This document shows positions 23,997 to 37,687 of a stretch of DNA of 64,000 bases, piece after piece. Under the pieces are notes generated by a model. It was not told where the DNA came from. It saw only the letters and a program-made list of their open reading frames with translations, and made no database searches. This DNA is from Vermamoeba vermiformis (lineage: Eukaryota), in contig JBEWZL010000151.1 of NCBI GenBank assembly GCA_045837725.1, forward strand, positions 1 through 64,000, written 5' to 3'. Each line of letters starts with the position of its first letter. The stretch's first letter is position 1. Made by a program: the position numbers and the translations under genes.

Positions 23997-25403
23997 TTAA
24001 GACCGGAGTTTTAAGTTGGATCCATGCTGCGTACTGAACTTTTTATAGACTTCTTTAGCAGCGCTACTTGTAGGCACGTAATGACCTCCTGTGTGCGGCA
24101 ATAATGTTCGATTCTTTTCTGGGAACTGCATAGCTAATAATGAGCTCTTATCTGGGCTAACTAAGTCATCTAGATCTCCGTACGCGTGTAGCGTAATAAG
24201 ATCCGGATCTGAAACGCGAAAATAAGAATGGAGGTTACTCGAATATGGTCATAATACTACTTACCTATTTGTTTGTACAAGTCCCATTGCGGTACTGAGG
24301 TCTTAAACGCAGAGCTAATGAAGGCAAACTTGAAAATGAATGGATTGTCTTCCTGCTGCTTATTAAAGATTAAATTAAGCTTTAAATACTCTATCAGTCT
24401 TATGTATATGCATATTTACCTTTTCTTTTGCTTCTTCGTCTTTTTTCTCTTCTTTCAGATCTTTTGTAGCGGATGTACCGTTTGAAATTTCAGCTCCGTC
24501 TGTTTCTTCAGCAGGCTTAGTCGTATTATTTTCTTCATTAGTATTACTAATGCTATTTTTACTGTTATTTTTCGTCTCTACTTCAGTTTCAACTTGGATC
24601 GGGGCATAATTTTTCGGATCATTATTTCTTAATCCGCATAAAATGCCTGTAACGACTCCTCCTTGCGAAAATCCGAGTACTCCATCGAATGGACCCTTAT
24701 TTTAATATTAATTACCGACTGTAACTTAACAGAAAGTAGATTCAACAGAAAATTGAGAAAATTACAAGATCTAGAACAACAAAACTAAGATGACTTTTAA
24801 ATTATTATAAATATTATACTTATAATGCTTACTTGAGTCCTGAAAACTTCCTTTAAGTACTCCAATGACTCCTCAAATCCGTAAATTTTCGTTGTCGTAA
24901 AATACTGTCGCGTAGGATCAGTGTACCAGCCTCTTAGTTCCTCTATAATACAAATATGTTATAGTTAGGTATTTATGAGTCAAAAAACAGCAGTTGAAGA
25001 AAACAACTGGACGGTTGAACATCGAATCTGACTCAAATGACAATTTAGGCCAATACAATGGATGCATTATAGTAATACTGGTCTTTAATGCGCACCTCCT
25101 TCCTCTGTCTTTTGCACTACATGCGGGGCGTCGATCCAAACTGCAAATAAATCAATAATTATTTTTGTCTATTTATTTTTGCAATTTAAACGTCATATTT
25201 ATTATATATAGAACTAAATTAATATTTTAAAAATAAGTAGAGAATTATTTAATTTTATTATGAAGACCAGATCCGTTCTTACCAAATTCCCATTCTTTAA
25301 ACATCTTTGTAAATGACCCTAGCTTCTTGCGAAATATATCTTTATTTTGCATATAGCCGTGCAAACAAAGCACTCTTAATTTGGGTCCTCTCTTTCTCTC
25401 CAT
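23997..25403 (-). CDS. FSH1/OVCA2-family serine hydrolase
   Basis: LRVLCLHGYMQN, GPFDGVLGFSQGG, TLHAYGDLD, HTGGHYVP. Confidence 0.88.
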
Positions 25404-25648
25404 TTTCGGTCTTGTAAATAAAAATCTCGTTTTCGTTTCGTTTCGACCACATTTGCCGTTTTCCAATTCATTCCTCGACACATCATAATATACATACAAG
25501 CATATCCGCAATGAGAAGGTAAATATTCACCTAGCATACAAGTTAAAGAATAGATTTTTTTGGACCCGCGAATCCCGACAAAGTAACTTTCAGTAAGTGG
25601 TCACGACTAAGCAGCTTCTTACCAATAACTATGAAAATGCAATAATAT

Positions 25649-28600
25649 TTATGTAGAAGATGCACGAATTCGTGCCAACAGTGCACAGTCCGCATAATTA
25701 CTGTAATTCTTCTCTTCAATCGTATTACTAACAATAAACTTCACGACCATCACGTCCTGTTCTTGCCCTTGTCTTTTGACATATCCAATAGCTCGTCGTT
25801 CATACGCTAATGCCTCGTCACCGTCATCACTTATCGGATCCACCAAAATCACGTGACTCGCTTCGATCAAGGACAGTCCTGAGGTGCCAGTATTCAAGTC
25901 CAGCATAATCACTCGGACATTTTCTTCTTTGAACTTGCGAATCGCATTCGCTTTGACGAGCACATTTCTGCGAAATTTCATTATTCACTGAATCTCGTTC
26001 TGTGAATCCTGAGTAATCTAACTTACCCGCCAGCAACAGTGTACTTAATACGAGATGCTTTTAATATTGATCCAATCAGTCTTAAGTAAGTTCCGTGCTT
26101 GATAGAGAAAAATTATAATGCGTTTTGTGACGAGGTTGGGCGTTACCTTTGAGATGATAATCACACGGGCCTCATCGTCTTCTCGAAACAATTGTCGCAA
26201 AAACAAGACCAGATTGCCGAGCTTAGTGCCGTACTTGTCGATCTGAGCGAAATATTTAGTACTTAAGTATCGGACAGATGCGACAAAGTTGACTTACCAA
26301 TGGACTTTTGAAACGAGAAGCTTTCTAATTTAAAATTACATTAGTACGAGAAATAAAAAAGTTAATATTTCTATCTAAGATAATTGATTTATAGCGAAGT
26401 ACCTGACTTTGGAGCTTGGCTAATGTCTCTTCAAAAAAATCAATGTACAAATGCTTCTCGGATTCGCATGCTTCAGGATAATTGCTAATGATATTCTTGC
26501 ATTCTCGGTGTCTCCACGACATAAATTTGTCATTCAGATCTTTTACGGCCCGCAAATACTTGTTCCTCAGCTCATCCAGATATCGCTCCTTGGATGCGAT
26601 GTCGTTTTTCAAGATTGATATGTACTCATCTTTTAAATGTTGTAAGCTGATATTGGCCTCGTTCGTTTCGTCTGATAATTGGCAGCAAAAATTCATCAAT
26701 TTTTTTTCTGTCTCACCAAATGACCCATCCGGGTGATTTTTTAAGTACTCGTAGATCGTAGTTTCCAAGGGCGTAAAATCCAAACGGATAACACTTTGAA
26801 TGGTCTCGACCATTTCAAACTCTCCTCGAACGCTTTCTTTCGTGTTACGCCAAAATAATTTTTCCAAGATCAGCTGCTTCTTCAACTTTCTGATCGACAA
26901 GAAGTTAATACGAAATAAGATAGTAACGATTTTTTAACAGTACTTACTTCTTGTAGATTTGACCCTCGGTGAAAATGATATCTTCATACTCCTTAACGAT
27001 GCCAGGTGAAATTCCCTCAGGAAGGTCCGGATCCGTTGACAACCGTATCAAACCAATGAACTGCATCGCGTTGTAGTCACTAAAAATCAATAAGTACGTA
27101 TTATTGGTACGTACAACGAGACTTACATCTCTGGCGTGCCACTGACGCACCAAGCATAGGTCCGCTGATAATCCTGAAAGTGCAGCAAGTTCATCTCGTC
27201 GTACTCGTCAGCGACAATGCGGTGCCAATGAAAATGTTCGAGAACAACGCCTTTAATCTTATTGGGCGCAATGTTTTGTCGGACCTGAACGAGACGATTA
27301 AATTACAGGTAATAAATTATGTAATATTCGTACTTTAAGCAAGTTTTGCAATCGTTCGTAGCGGTCTTGCATGGTTTCTTCACGATCAACGCCAAATTCC
27401 ACGAGCTCCGGATGTGCGATGAAATGTTCACTGAACAACATATCGTACGACATAATAACGACATCTGAGAAGTATGTTAGTCGTCTATCACTTTTACCTA
27501 AAACTTCATAGTGACATGTGCCAAGCTCAAAGCTAAAGTAAATATGACACCAAGTTATTACTAGAACTTTGGCACTACGAACGCACGAACCGACAGTTTG
27601 ACACGTGCAAAAATGCCATGACACGTGCACGTCAAAATGTCATAATGTCTTACCGGCATCAATGATATCCTGATACGTCCATTTTCTGACTTGTTTGATC
27701 GTAGGCAGTTCAATAACGCGAAGTTTATCCCCGCAATATTCAGAGATTTCGGAGGACCACTGCTTCACGAGGTGACCTGGGCATATGACTAACAAAGGCG
27801 TTAGAACTATTAATATAACAGCTTTAACTGTCATACTTAACGTTGCTTTTGTTGCGAAGTACGGTTCATTCTTCGGCAGTTCGGTTGGAGGATTGGAAAG
27901 AATTAGACCGATGACTGGAATCGGGGTTAGTGAGCAACTTAATGGTCATTAATCTATGAATGATGAATAGGTACGGACCTTCCAACGATTTGCCTAGACC
28001 AGTCTCGTCGGCTAATATTCCGCCTATCAATATGATTAGTATATACCAATACTATTGTGAGAAATTACCATTGAAAGTGTACGGCAAAAGATTGTGCTCG
28101 ATCTGGTCTTTTGTAATGAGCTGCAAATCGTGAACGCAAAGAAAGAGGTCGCTCTTTGGCACAGGTAATAATGGCTTGATCGTCAAAACTACGCACTCCG
28201 TTAAGTTTCAAATTTCGGATCCTGATTCGTTTTTTTTACCTTTCTCATCGTCTCTTTCTAGATTAACCATCCAGTTTATAGCATCGATTTGATATTGGTG
28301 TAATTCAACGCCTTCGATAGCTTTTGGCTGAGTAGTGATGATAGACGGAACCTTTTTGAACAGAAAAGTTAATTAGGCAAGGACATCCAACGTAGATCTA
28401 GTTTTTTACCTTCGGAGTTCTCGGGCTCTTAGTATCAGGTATGTAGGGCTTACCAATGAACTTTTTCGCTTGATGCGCCAAAGCGTAAAGTGCATTCGGG
28501 GTGCTACAACCCGATGCCACAACTTTTTCAAGCCTACGCGTACTATTATGAGCTTCAATTGTTATGCATCCTATTCACTTACTCTCGCATATTAATTCCG

Positions 28601-29305
28601 ATGTCAAATTGATACGATAACGGAGAATAGTCGTACTCAAGATCGAGCAATTTTGCTCTTGTAAGATAGTACCCATGGGACGGTTCAAATTGGAAAGAAC
28701 TGTTAAGCTCTGCATACACCTCACGACGTTGACCATCTTTTGTTTTGAGCTATAATATCAGATCTGTAAGTAATGAACGATAAATAAAGCAGATGTGGCT
28801 CACTTCGTAAAAACATCTCCATCTGTCCTTCCTGATTTGTCGAACAAAAGAAAACTTGAGTTTAACTGGTGTAACATCGTGTCTAGGCAAGCCTTATCAA
28901 AGAAGAATTAGTTTTGTTTTCGTTTAATGCGATCCAAAAGATCTCTCGTTACCTTTGGCTTCTGTCATAATTAGAGCTTCATTGATATTCCACCATGATA
29001 GCACTGCATGCTTAGATAAGTTATACCACGCGCGGCACACATAAGGGATTTGTATTTGCTGGCCACGAGGCTACGGGCGTCAAGATCTCGAGCCATATTT
29101 CAGTTGGTAACTCAGGCAACGGATATAAAGGCTCGTTTTCTTCTAATTCCATGGAATTTTGGTCCGATTCGTCAAAATAGCGGCCGTCAGAAGCAAGATC
29201 TGGGATCTCTAGTCGCATTCTTTGCCTTGGCGGGCTGCCTGACATTATGGCCTCGCCGTCATTCGATGCGCTGAGTTTTCTTTTGCGAGGAAGAATGGTT
29301 GTCAT
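25649..29305 (-). CDS. SNF2-family (RAD5/RAD16/SHPRH-like) ATPase with an N-terminal F-box-like motif
   Basis: LPELPTEIWLEIL; LHQYQIDAINWM; GILADETGLGKS; CPGHLVKQW; WHRIVADEYD; GLSLIEASHVILVDP; RQGQ..FIVSNTIEE. Confidence 0.85.
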
Positions 29306-29938
29306 TATGCTAGAAGCAGAAGAGAATAATAATGAGCAAAAACAAATCTTATTTATTCCTTTTTTTTATTACCTGTGAATTTCCGGGAATTCATTAGCTC
29401 ACATTGACGTGCTTCAAGCAGAAATATGCTCGTCCATGGCTTTTCTGCCTACCCGTAAAGCTTGTTGCTAGCGGTCGAAGCCGTGTCCGTATCAAAGTTT
29501 TACTTAATCCGGATTAATTCATCATCCTACGACAGTCTTGCGTGGTTAGCAACTTTTTGATATTGCATAATTGTTGTCCATTAAACTGTGCGCAGATCAG
29601 GTCGGAAGAAATTAAAAATCATAATCCACCTTATTAAATTGCCAAAAATTAGTTGCAATTTTTCATTCATTATTTCCATTAATTTAATATATACTACAGC
29701 TGATTTCATAAAACGTGCCACAGAAAATATTTCGTAAATTATTTTAGAAAAGTTGAAAGGAAACCAGATAGGCAGAGATAATAAACCTACGTGTATAGCG
29801 GTATAAATCAGCATGGTAAATGCACGGAGGAAGTTGTGGTCTATTGATCGCTTTGTTGGCGCATTAAATTTTTATCGTCAACTAAAGTTAAAAATCTACA
29901 ATTGTAATTTATTTTTTATTCCCTAACACAAACACAAC

Positions 29939-30622
29939 ATGGAGACTGAAGATATTGTATTAATTAAGAAGATCACTGCTTTAGCGAAAATAAATCAGGA
30001 GATAATTGATAGAATTCCTTGGAAGGATGTCGGCAAGAAACCTACCTACACAGTTCAGAGTAACCAACAAGAGGGTTTATTGACAAAAATTAAGCTTGTT
30101 AGAAGTGCGAGTACAGCGGGTGATCTTCTACAAGTTTGTCAACCAATTCAAATCCAAGCCATTGAAGATTATTTTAATGATAAGCTTGATTATAACGTAA
30201 GAAATATATCAGATATTACAAGATTAAATAGTTCTATGTTACCAGTAGCACACAAATACGAATTATTCGGACCCACGCCAAAAGCTCTTCACGTATTGCG
30301 TCAATTTAAAGAAAACTATGAAGCCATTCAAATAGCTCTTGGAAAAATTGAAGAAGTGTTTAACGAACGCAACGATAGTGAGAAGGTACTAAATGCAAAA
30401 GTCGACCAATTAAACGCTCGTGCCGATCAGATCCGCCAACTTGCAATGGAATTGGAGAGAGATGTTAAATTACTGCAGCAAGAAGTATTGGAGCACGGGA
30501 AGCCTTTACAAAAAAATACGAAATTCACGAGGAAAGAGGAGGAAACTGGGAAAGTAATTTCGAAAGATCGCGAGGATTCTAACGACTGGTTTAAGTTAAC
30601 TTTCGGAAGTTCGAACTTCTGA
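29939..30622 (+). CDS. Intronless hypothetical coiled-coil protein (227 aa)
   Basis: ATG after a CA-rich leader; heptad-like C-terminal half. Confidence 0.7.
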   Translation: METEDIVLIKKITALAKINQEIIDRIPWKDVGKKPTYTVQSNQQEGLLTKIKLVRSASTAGDLLQVCQPIQIQAIEDYFNDKLDYNVRNISDITRLNSSMLPVAHKYELFGPTPKALHVLRQFKENYEAIQIALGKIEEVFNERNDSEKVLNAKVDQLNARADQIRQLAMELERDVKLLQQEVLEHGKPLQKNTKFTRKEEETGKVISKDREDSNDWFKLTFGSSNF

Positions 30623-30804
30623 CATTTTTACCTAAATAAACGTGATTTATTTAGCTTGAGACTTTATGAATGGCGCCGCTGTAAGCTCCAATGACTCTGC
30701 AGGGCAGTGAAGGGAGGCCTCCTTCACTAAATGAGAACCTTCTGCTTGTCCTCATCATTGTCTTCGCTAATCAAGGTAAAACAAGCTTGATTTGTTTCTT
30801 CGTC

Positions 30805-33614
30805 CTATTCGTCTTCGTAGTCTTGTGGCACGTTCTCGTTGGCTTGGTTCACATTTAACGGAGCCGAGTAATTGACGTTTGAAGTAGGGACGTTGCCGTA
30901 GTTAGGCATATTCATGTGCATACTTGGTGGCTGTTGTTGGATCGGTTGCAAGTTGATCGAATGAGGCGCAATGCCAGATCCTTGTTGTGGCACGAAGTAC
31001 GGTTGGTACTGAAAGTTTGCGGGAGGTCTGTACATGTTCGGAGCAGCTCCATAAGCGTGGGCGTGAGGGTCTGTAGGGCTCATGTATTCTTGTGGAGGAT
31101 ATGCTACGTATCCGCGTTGTACCTCGTATCGCTCGTGCACAAATTCCAGGGGCAATGTAACTCCGGTCATGCCTTGTAACTGTTGAGGCACGTGCATGTG
31201 GAATTGTCTTTGCTCTTCTTCGTAGTTGCGGTCATACGTTGGCTCGTCAGATCTAAACGGTGGGTTGACATCACCAATTGGTTGAGGTGGCGCGGAGTAG
31301 TCCGTGAAGTACTCGTTCGATGGAGGGTAGAATGCGTTAGGAGCTGTCGAGTACTGCATTGGGATGTTTGTGTTGGTGTTGACATTTTGCTCTGGGGCTT
31401 GGGTTGGTCCTGCAATAGGCTTGCCTGACACGGGCGTTTGCTGCTGTGGTTTTGGATTTCTAGGCGACTCTTGGCTTGGGTCCGGTGAACTGCTGCTACC
31501 CCTGTCCGAGTGCTTGTCACTATCCTTGTTCTTATACACGTCGTCGAGGTAGTGCTTGAAACCCCGTTGGATCTTCTGAAGGGTGAGCACGTTTCGTTGG
31601 TACTCTGCATTATGTTCTGAAGCACTCTTCTCGACAGTCTGGCTAAGTATCCACTTGACTAATTTGTATTCGAGAGTTTTCCAGCCTTTAGTGCGTCGCT
31701 TTCCGGTCACGAGCCCGCTCAATGTGGTCGTGCTGAAGTAAAGTATTGGTTAGAACAGTAATGTCTTAAAGTATATCGAATACTATTAATCCACAATTTT
31801 GGTACGCTTAGTTAATAATTTTGGATCGATTTAATGAAATTTTGCAATTATTTTCGTGGCGTGGATTGCATCCGCCTTTAAGGAGATCTAGGATGGATTT
31901 GGCCAAACGCATGGAAAATTAATCCACAACACTAGTCCGTAAGTCAATCCGTGCAAGCAGTATATGGATTAATCCACGGTTAATTCGTAAGGGGAAATTA
32001 AAAATACGACCAACTTATACTTAAAATAACGTTCTATGGTGCGTATTATGCTTACCTAATACCGATCTCTTGACTGATAATCTTTTGATTTTTCTTTGTG
32101 ATCTTCATCATGTCCTTCAACGCACTAACCAGATTTCGACTAGCTGTCGCTGAGATCCGGCTTTGAATGCTGTTCTCATTTATCATCGAGCCGGAGCTAG
32201 TAGGAGTTGTAGCTTCTGAGCTTTGCGGTGAGTTGGGCTCGGATTTAAAATTTTCTTCCGACGGATCTTCATTCAATCGAGCATTTAGATATCCAGGATC
32301 TAGGAACGTTCGTTAATTATAAAGGTTTAAATAATGGTATCGCAATTTAGTCAACCAAGAGCTCGAATGTCAACGGATGCCTTAAATATCTGATCAGGCA
32401 ATCTTTGAAGTTCAATTATGCACAAGATTTAAACCATTAATGTTTAAAAGACGTGCACATACCTGATCTCTGTCTCCATAAACCTTGAGACTCTCGGCCC
32501 TCATACAAGTCGGATTTATAAAACGAATCAGCGGAGGTCGGGCTGTCAACCTTCAACTTCTTACGTGGAGGTTCCTATCGGAAACGCAAGTTTAGCAAAT
32601 TAATAAATGGTACACTCAAAGCATGGAAAACTTCCGGCCAGATTGTTTACGACTTTGTCGAAACGTGTATCTCGAAACAATCTCGAAAAAAATTCGCTTA
32701 CCGAAAGACCTGAATAATCTTGGCAATTTTTGCATAGCACTGTACGATCTCTTTCCTCTCCAATGGTGCGTAAACCAGCGTTAGTTTTGTGGGTACTGTT
32801 GCAAAATGAAGATCAGCTCCGGATTTAGTAATCACGATAGTATGGGTAAAGAATCGAGCAATAATCATGATAAACATGCTTCAAATGTTGCAAAATGAAA
32901 GATATACATTAAAGAATTTGAATTCGTCGCGGAATATATCATTTAATGTTTCGAAACATTAATTCACAAAAATTTATCGGCTGTGCACTTTGTGAGTCGC
33001 TTTGTTAATGCATGCCGGCAGCCAATAAATTATTAAATAAAGCTCTTAGCTTACTAGAGCCTAAGTTTCGAAATTTGACACGCTCTCGCGCGGAAATTAA
33101 GAAATTTCAGAAAAAAACGCTAACTGGATCCAGACAATTTGGATCGGTATACTAACGCTTAAAGCGTTGATTATAATCAATAAATAATATTTACCTGCAA
33201 AAAGACGTCTTGCAATGTTCACAATGATAAAGATCGGCCTCGGAATAATCGACCGTAGCCCCGCACTCACTGCAGAAGTGATACATGCATCGCCTGTACG
33301 GAGTAATAATTAGAAACTCTTCTTCATTCTTGGTATTTCAATAATATTTAGATTACGAGTCACTCCGTTCATTGAATCTCGATCGGATTCGCAACGACGT
33401 GTGACGTTACTTACCATCCTTCAGGCGAAATGTCTATTGTAGAAGGCACGCACATTATATGATAACCTCTTGGGCAGTAGGCGCACTCGTATAGATGCCC
33501 GCCTTGGCCGCAGATGTGACACTTGACCTCGGCTGCCGGGTTGTTCTTCAAAACGCTCATATTGACGAACTTAAATTTGAAGGGGGGTTTGTTCATTTCC
33601 ATCACTTGAAGCAT
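30805..33614 (-). CDS. PHD finger + Cys/His-rich domain + Cro/XRE-like HTH putative transcription factor with a P/Q/Y-rich tail
   Basis: CHICGQGGHLYECAYCPRGYHIMC..W; RCMYHFCSEC..CEHCKTSFC; NQKIISQEIGISTTTLSGLVTGKRR. Confidence 0.75.
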
Positions 33615-34900
33615 TTGATAAGCAGTGTTGAATCAGTGCCGTCTTGTCATCAGCGTAATTAAATCGCCTTGATCTTGTTGTTCGGAATTTGGATGTGTTG
33701 TGTGGGCTTCGTTTCTCCCTGTTAAATCGAAAATGACAAAAAACACGTTTGTCCGTGGCTTTATCCTGTCACGCCAGACGACAATTTTTTTGATGGAGTA
33801 AAATCCCACATCGTTACTAAACCAGCGAATCCATAAAAGGAATAGGTTGGCGAAGGTTATTCATCCGGACCTAACTCCGCAGATGTCCACAGCGAATTTC
33901 CAATGGTTTTAGGGGTCTAACACCTGGTGTCGCACCTCCAAATGAGAATTTAAGTTTCAGGACCGAATCTGACTGACGAATGAAACTGACGCGAGCCGAG
34001 GAGGAGGAAGATCCACGTTGGAGCCATTAATAAATTGATGCCTTTAGCCGTAGACCTATAAGGTATACTTTAATCACCGTAATCCTTCGTTGTATGTTAA
34101 TTGAATTGCTCGATCGGGTTTGTGAAAGGCAACTTAAACACAGGTTTCGACACAACCCGAATATTCTTGGGCGGTATCATTGCAATAATTTTAAGTTGTC
34201 TATTCATCCGAACTGTCCAGCGGAACAAAGGTAAAACAGGAATGAATTTTACGTGAATCTAGTAAATCTATGACGTCGATATTGCCTTTTGAGTTAATTT
34301 ATCCTTTAATTGCAATTTATTTACCCTGGGCGGCCCGGAGTTCGCGTAACAATAATTCTGCTGCTTTAGACGAAGGAACGGTACCGAATCCCAACACAAA
34401 ATTCTGTAATAATAAGAAACGCGTAAGTATTGCTCCAAAAAGCATGTAGAGGCATTGCTGTGTACGAGAACGATCGCGTAAAATTGGCTTAATAAATATT
34501 TGGACCTTCACAGCGAACAACTAGCCGTTGTACATCACCATCTCCTGCCGACCATTACTGTCTTTGGCAATTCGCAATTGCAATCGCTCTAATGTCATAT
34601 TCGGTTAAATTTTTGATGTGCACGATAAATTGGGCTACTTACGCAATGAGATGCGGATGTGCGCGCCAAACAGCCGATTCGTCAGCAGTCAACGTGGCAA
34701 TAGCAAGTAATCACATAAGAATCACGAAACTATCATAGAATAAAGTCTTAAAAGATACGCACGCATTGTGGCGTTCACGTAACGTGAAATCTGAAAAAAG
34801 CGGTAAATTCTTGTTTGCTTCATGGGAGAACACAGACCTCGTGTACCGCGAACATAGGAATTGTGCTTGTCGGTTATTGATAGATTTACTCGAAGCACTT

Positions 34901-36612
34901 ATGGCTGAAGAGGAGGAGAGTAAGTACCGGTTGAAGGATCTAACCCGTCCTTTTGCCTTTGCGGCATTTAAAGTTTACTAAACGCATAAATTTTGGATAT
35001 TCGATTGATTTTGTGTATCATTATAAATTCGCAAAGCCATTCAATCTCTATGGTGGCAACCACAAGTTTTTGACTAGATCGAATAATGTTTAAAAATCTA
35101 GGGACCTTCGCAGGAATTTAGTTACGCATAAAATTCATTATATTAAGTATATACAGTATGCTAATAATAATTGCACGCATAGAGAAGGTCAAGCAACAAT
35201 GGTGGACAGTGGACGAGCTGGAAATTCTTCTGGCTTACGTACAGACGCTAGAGCCCGAAGAAAAGGTTAACTATGTACAGGTAAATTATTTTTATGAGTT
35301 CTGTGATGCCCCTGATTCCCTTCAGAATTATTTATTCTTCGATCCTTCGTACAATTTCGCTGGTTTCTAACTTAATTACTGTTATTACAATCAAATACTT
35401 GGGATCAAAATTAATTAATATAACTTTGACGTTAGTCCAGTATTCTTGTTTCCGGATCTTAGCCACGAAATTGAAATTTTAATTCTTTTATTGGATTATA
35501 CTCCCAGACCTTAATTAATCGTGCCTTTAATAGCTGCATCGAGTTATATACATTATTTAATAATACTAATATCCACTTCTAGGTTGTCGAGTTGCTTGCT
35601 GCGGAAGGTTACGAGCGGACTGAGAAGCAAGTCCAAAAGAAATTTGAACGTTTGCGATATGAAAGCAAGGCTCAGAATAAGGATGTAGAGACTCGCCTGC
35701 AAGACATAATTAAAGGAATGAAGTACGAAGACGATGGTAAGTAGCTATTGAAATTTCAGCTCGATGACTCATGACCACCAGATGAGGAGCCCGCAGAAAA
35801 TCAAGCAAAGTCACCAAAGGGATCAACTCCAAAGCTTAAGGCCAAGCCTGGGGCGAAAAAACATGTTTGGACCTTGAACGAACTCCAGGTGTTGCTCGAA
35901 TGTTTGCTCGCTGGTCAAGACAAGGTCAGTTGTAGGGTAACCAGGACTCGTGGGTGCATATTAACAATATATATAGACAGCAGATGTGCACGAAAGACTT
36001 CCGTACAAAGAAAGGGAAAAGGTTTCGCAGAAGCTCACAAACGTCAAGCAAGCAGCCCAAACGCAAGGAATTACGGTAGTTGAACTGGTGAAAAGGCAAA
36101 TTTACCGATTGAAGGGCGTAGCGGCTGAAGAGAAGTCAGACCAAGACTCGTCGCAAGAAAGTACTCCTGCGAAGGTAGGCACGAAACGAAAGGCTGAGAA
36201 CGACATTGAGGAGCGAAGCGCCAAGAAGCAACGAGTGATTGAGAGCCCGAGACTAAACGGTCCTAAGATGAACCACGATACTTCATCCGATATTGATGAA
36301 GTCAAACAGTCGTTAGAACAGCAGTCAAACAACAACCGCGTCAACTTTGGCAACTTGCGCACCTACATCCGCGACAAGTTTGAAGAGTCTAGAACGCAGT
36401 ACGAAGAACTGAAAAAACAAATGACTAATATGGAAGAGAAGATGGATCTCATACTTAAAGAATTAAGAGCTTCGCGTGCAAGCAACGGCTTCACTCATTC
36501 GAAGAATCAGATCCCATCGAACGGCAGTAACAAGGATTACAATTCGAACAGAAGTCTAAGCACCGAACATTCAAGTCCTACAAAGCAACCTAGCTACTTT
36601 AATTTTTTGTAA
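34901..36612 (+). CDS. Myb/SANT-like (trihelix-type) protein with two repeats and a coiled coil
   Basis: WTVDELEILL...GYERTEKQVQKKFERLR; WTLNELQVLL...KVSQKLTNVK; NLS-like KRKA...KKQR. Confidence 0.65.
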
Positions 36613-36761
36613 ATATGTGCTGTTGCCGGATGGACCAGCCAGATCTGCTTTTGGGCTCGAGTAATCGCAAGATACTGCCTTTGTTAATAATTTCAGTTGT
36701 TTATAGCGTAGTAAATTAATATCACGCGCTTCGTCTATACACTACTCATCACTATCCTAAT

Positions 36762-37568
36762 TTACAAAATGCATCCGTCCTCAGGTTTCCACGCAGGACG
36801 GTCGACTTTCTTTGCTTCAAAACTGCAAGAAACAAATTCATCATCATCGAAGCTGCCGGGGCAGAAGTAAAGACCCTTTGCTGAGCGCTTCAAACGACCG
36901 CCAAAGCCTAAAAAAATGAGTGAGATCGCGTGCGAGGACGGAACCAAATTTCTGTCAAATAGGAGCCTTTACGATACTTACACTTCGGGCATCTTGGCAA
37001 ACAACCATTTTGTACACAATCAGCAATAGCGTACATAAGCTCTTTCTTCGTCTTGGTTTTCACTTGATCGTTCAAACTGAAGAACATGTTTTGGTGACTT
37101 TGCCGCTTATCGTGTGATTTACGTACCCTAATTTTTTCTTCATTTGGTCAGTGGATAAGGACTGAAGGTAATCGCGCTGAGCTTCGGGCAGAGAATCGAA
37201 TGTTTTCTAGGAATTTGTGTCAAATCCGGTATTCCGTCAGAAAAATTGCTAAAAATATTTTACCTTAGGAACCTCGTACTCCTTCTTTTTAGCTTGGAAT
37301 TTTCCAAAATTTCGCTTTTTTTTGGGTCGTTCGGAGACAGACGATTCTTCAGATGCTGACACATCGTCTTCTTCTGACACAGAGGCGCTGCTAGATTCGT
37401 CCCTTTCATCACCTTCTGCGTACGAATCATCGCTGTCTTCGTCTCTCTTTCTTTTTCTTCCTGTCAATTTGGATTCAGGAGACTTAACGGTGTCTGCAAG
37501 AAAAGTTAGTAAGTAATGCAGACCTATGTAACAAAATAATACTCACTTTTGACAGTTCCTCGAGGCAT
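36762..37568 (-). CDS. Small protein with a stand-alone PADR1 (PARP Zn3-like) domain
   Basis: LNDQ..TKKELMYAIADCVQNGCLPRCPKCFGGRL..YFCPGSFDDDEFVSC..RPAW after an acidic, NLS-bearing N-terminus. Confidence 0.75.
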
Positions 37569-37687
37569 TTGTGGTTACGCAGCAAGGGCAGTTGATAATA
37601 AAACAGATTGTTTTTTGACCTGACGGAAATTGAAACGCGGACCCTGGTGGATCCAATCATTTATTTACAAACTAATGCATAATAGAG

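Noticed and set aside
33971-33990. CTGACGA..GAAAC resembling a hammerhead ribozyme core
   Set aside because: No stem II between the motifs and no flanking stems.
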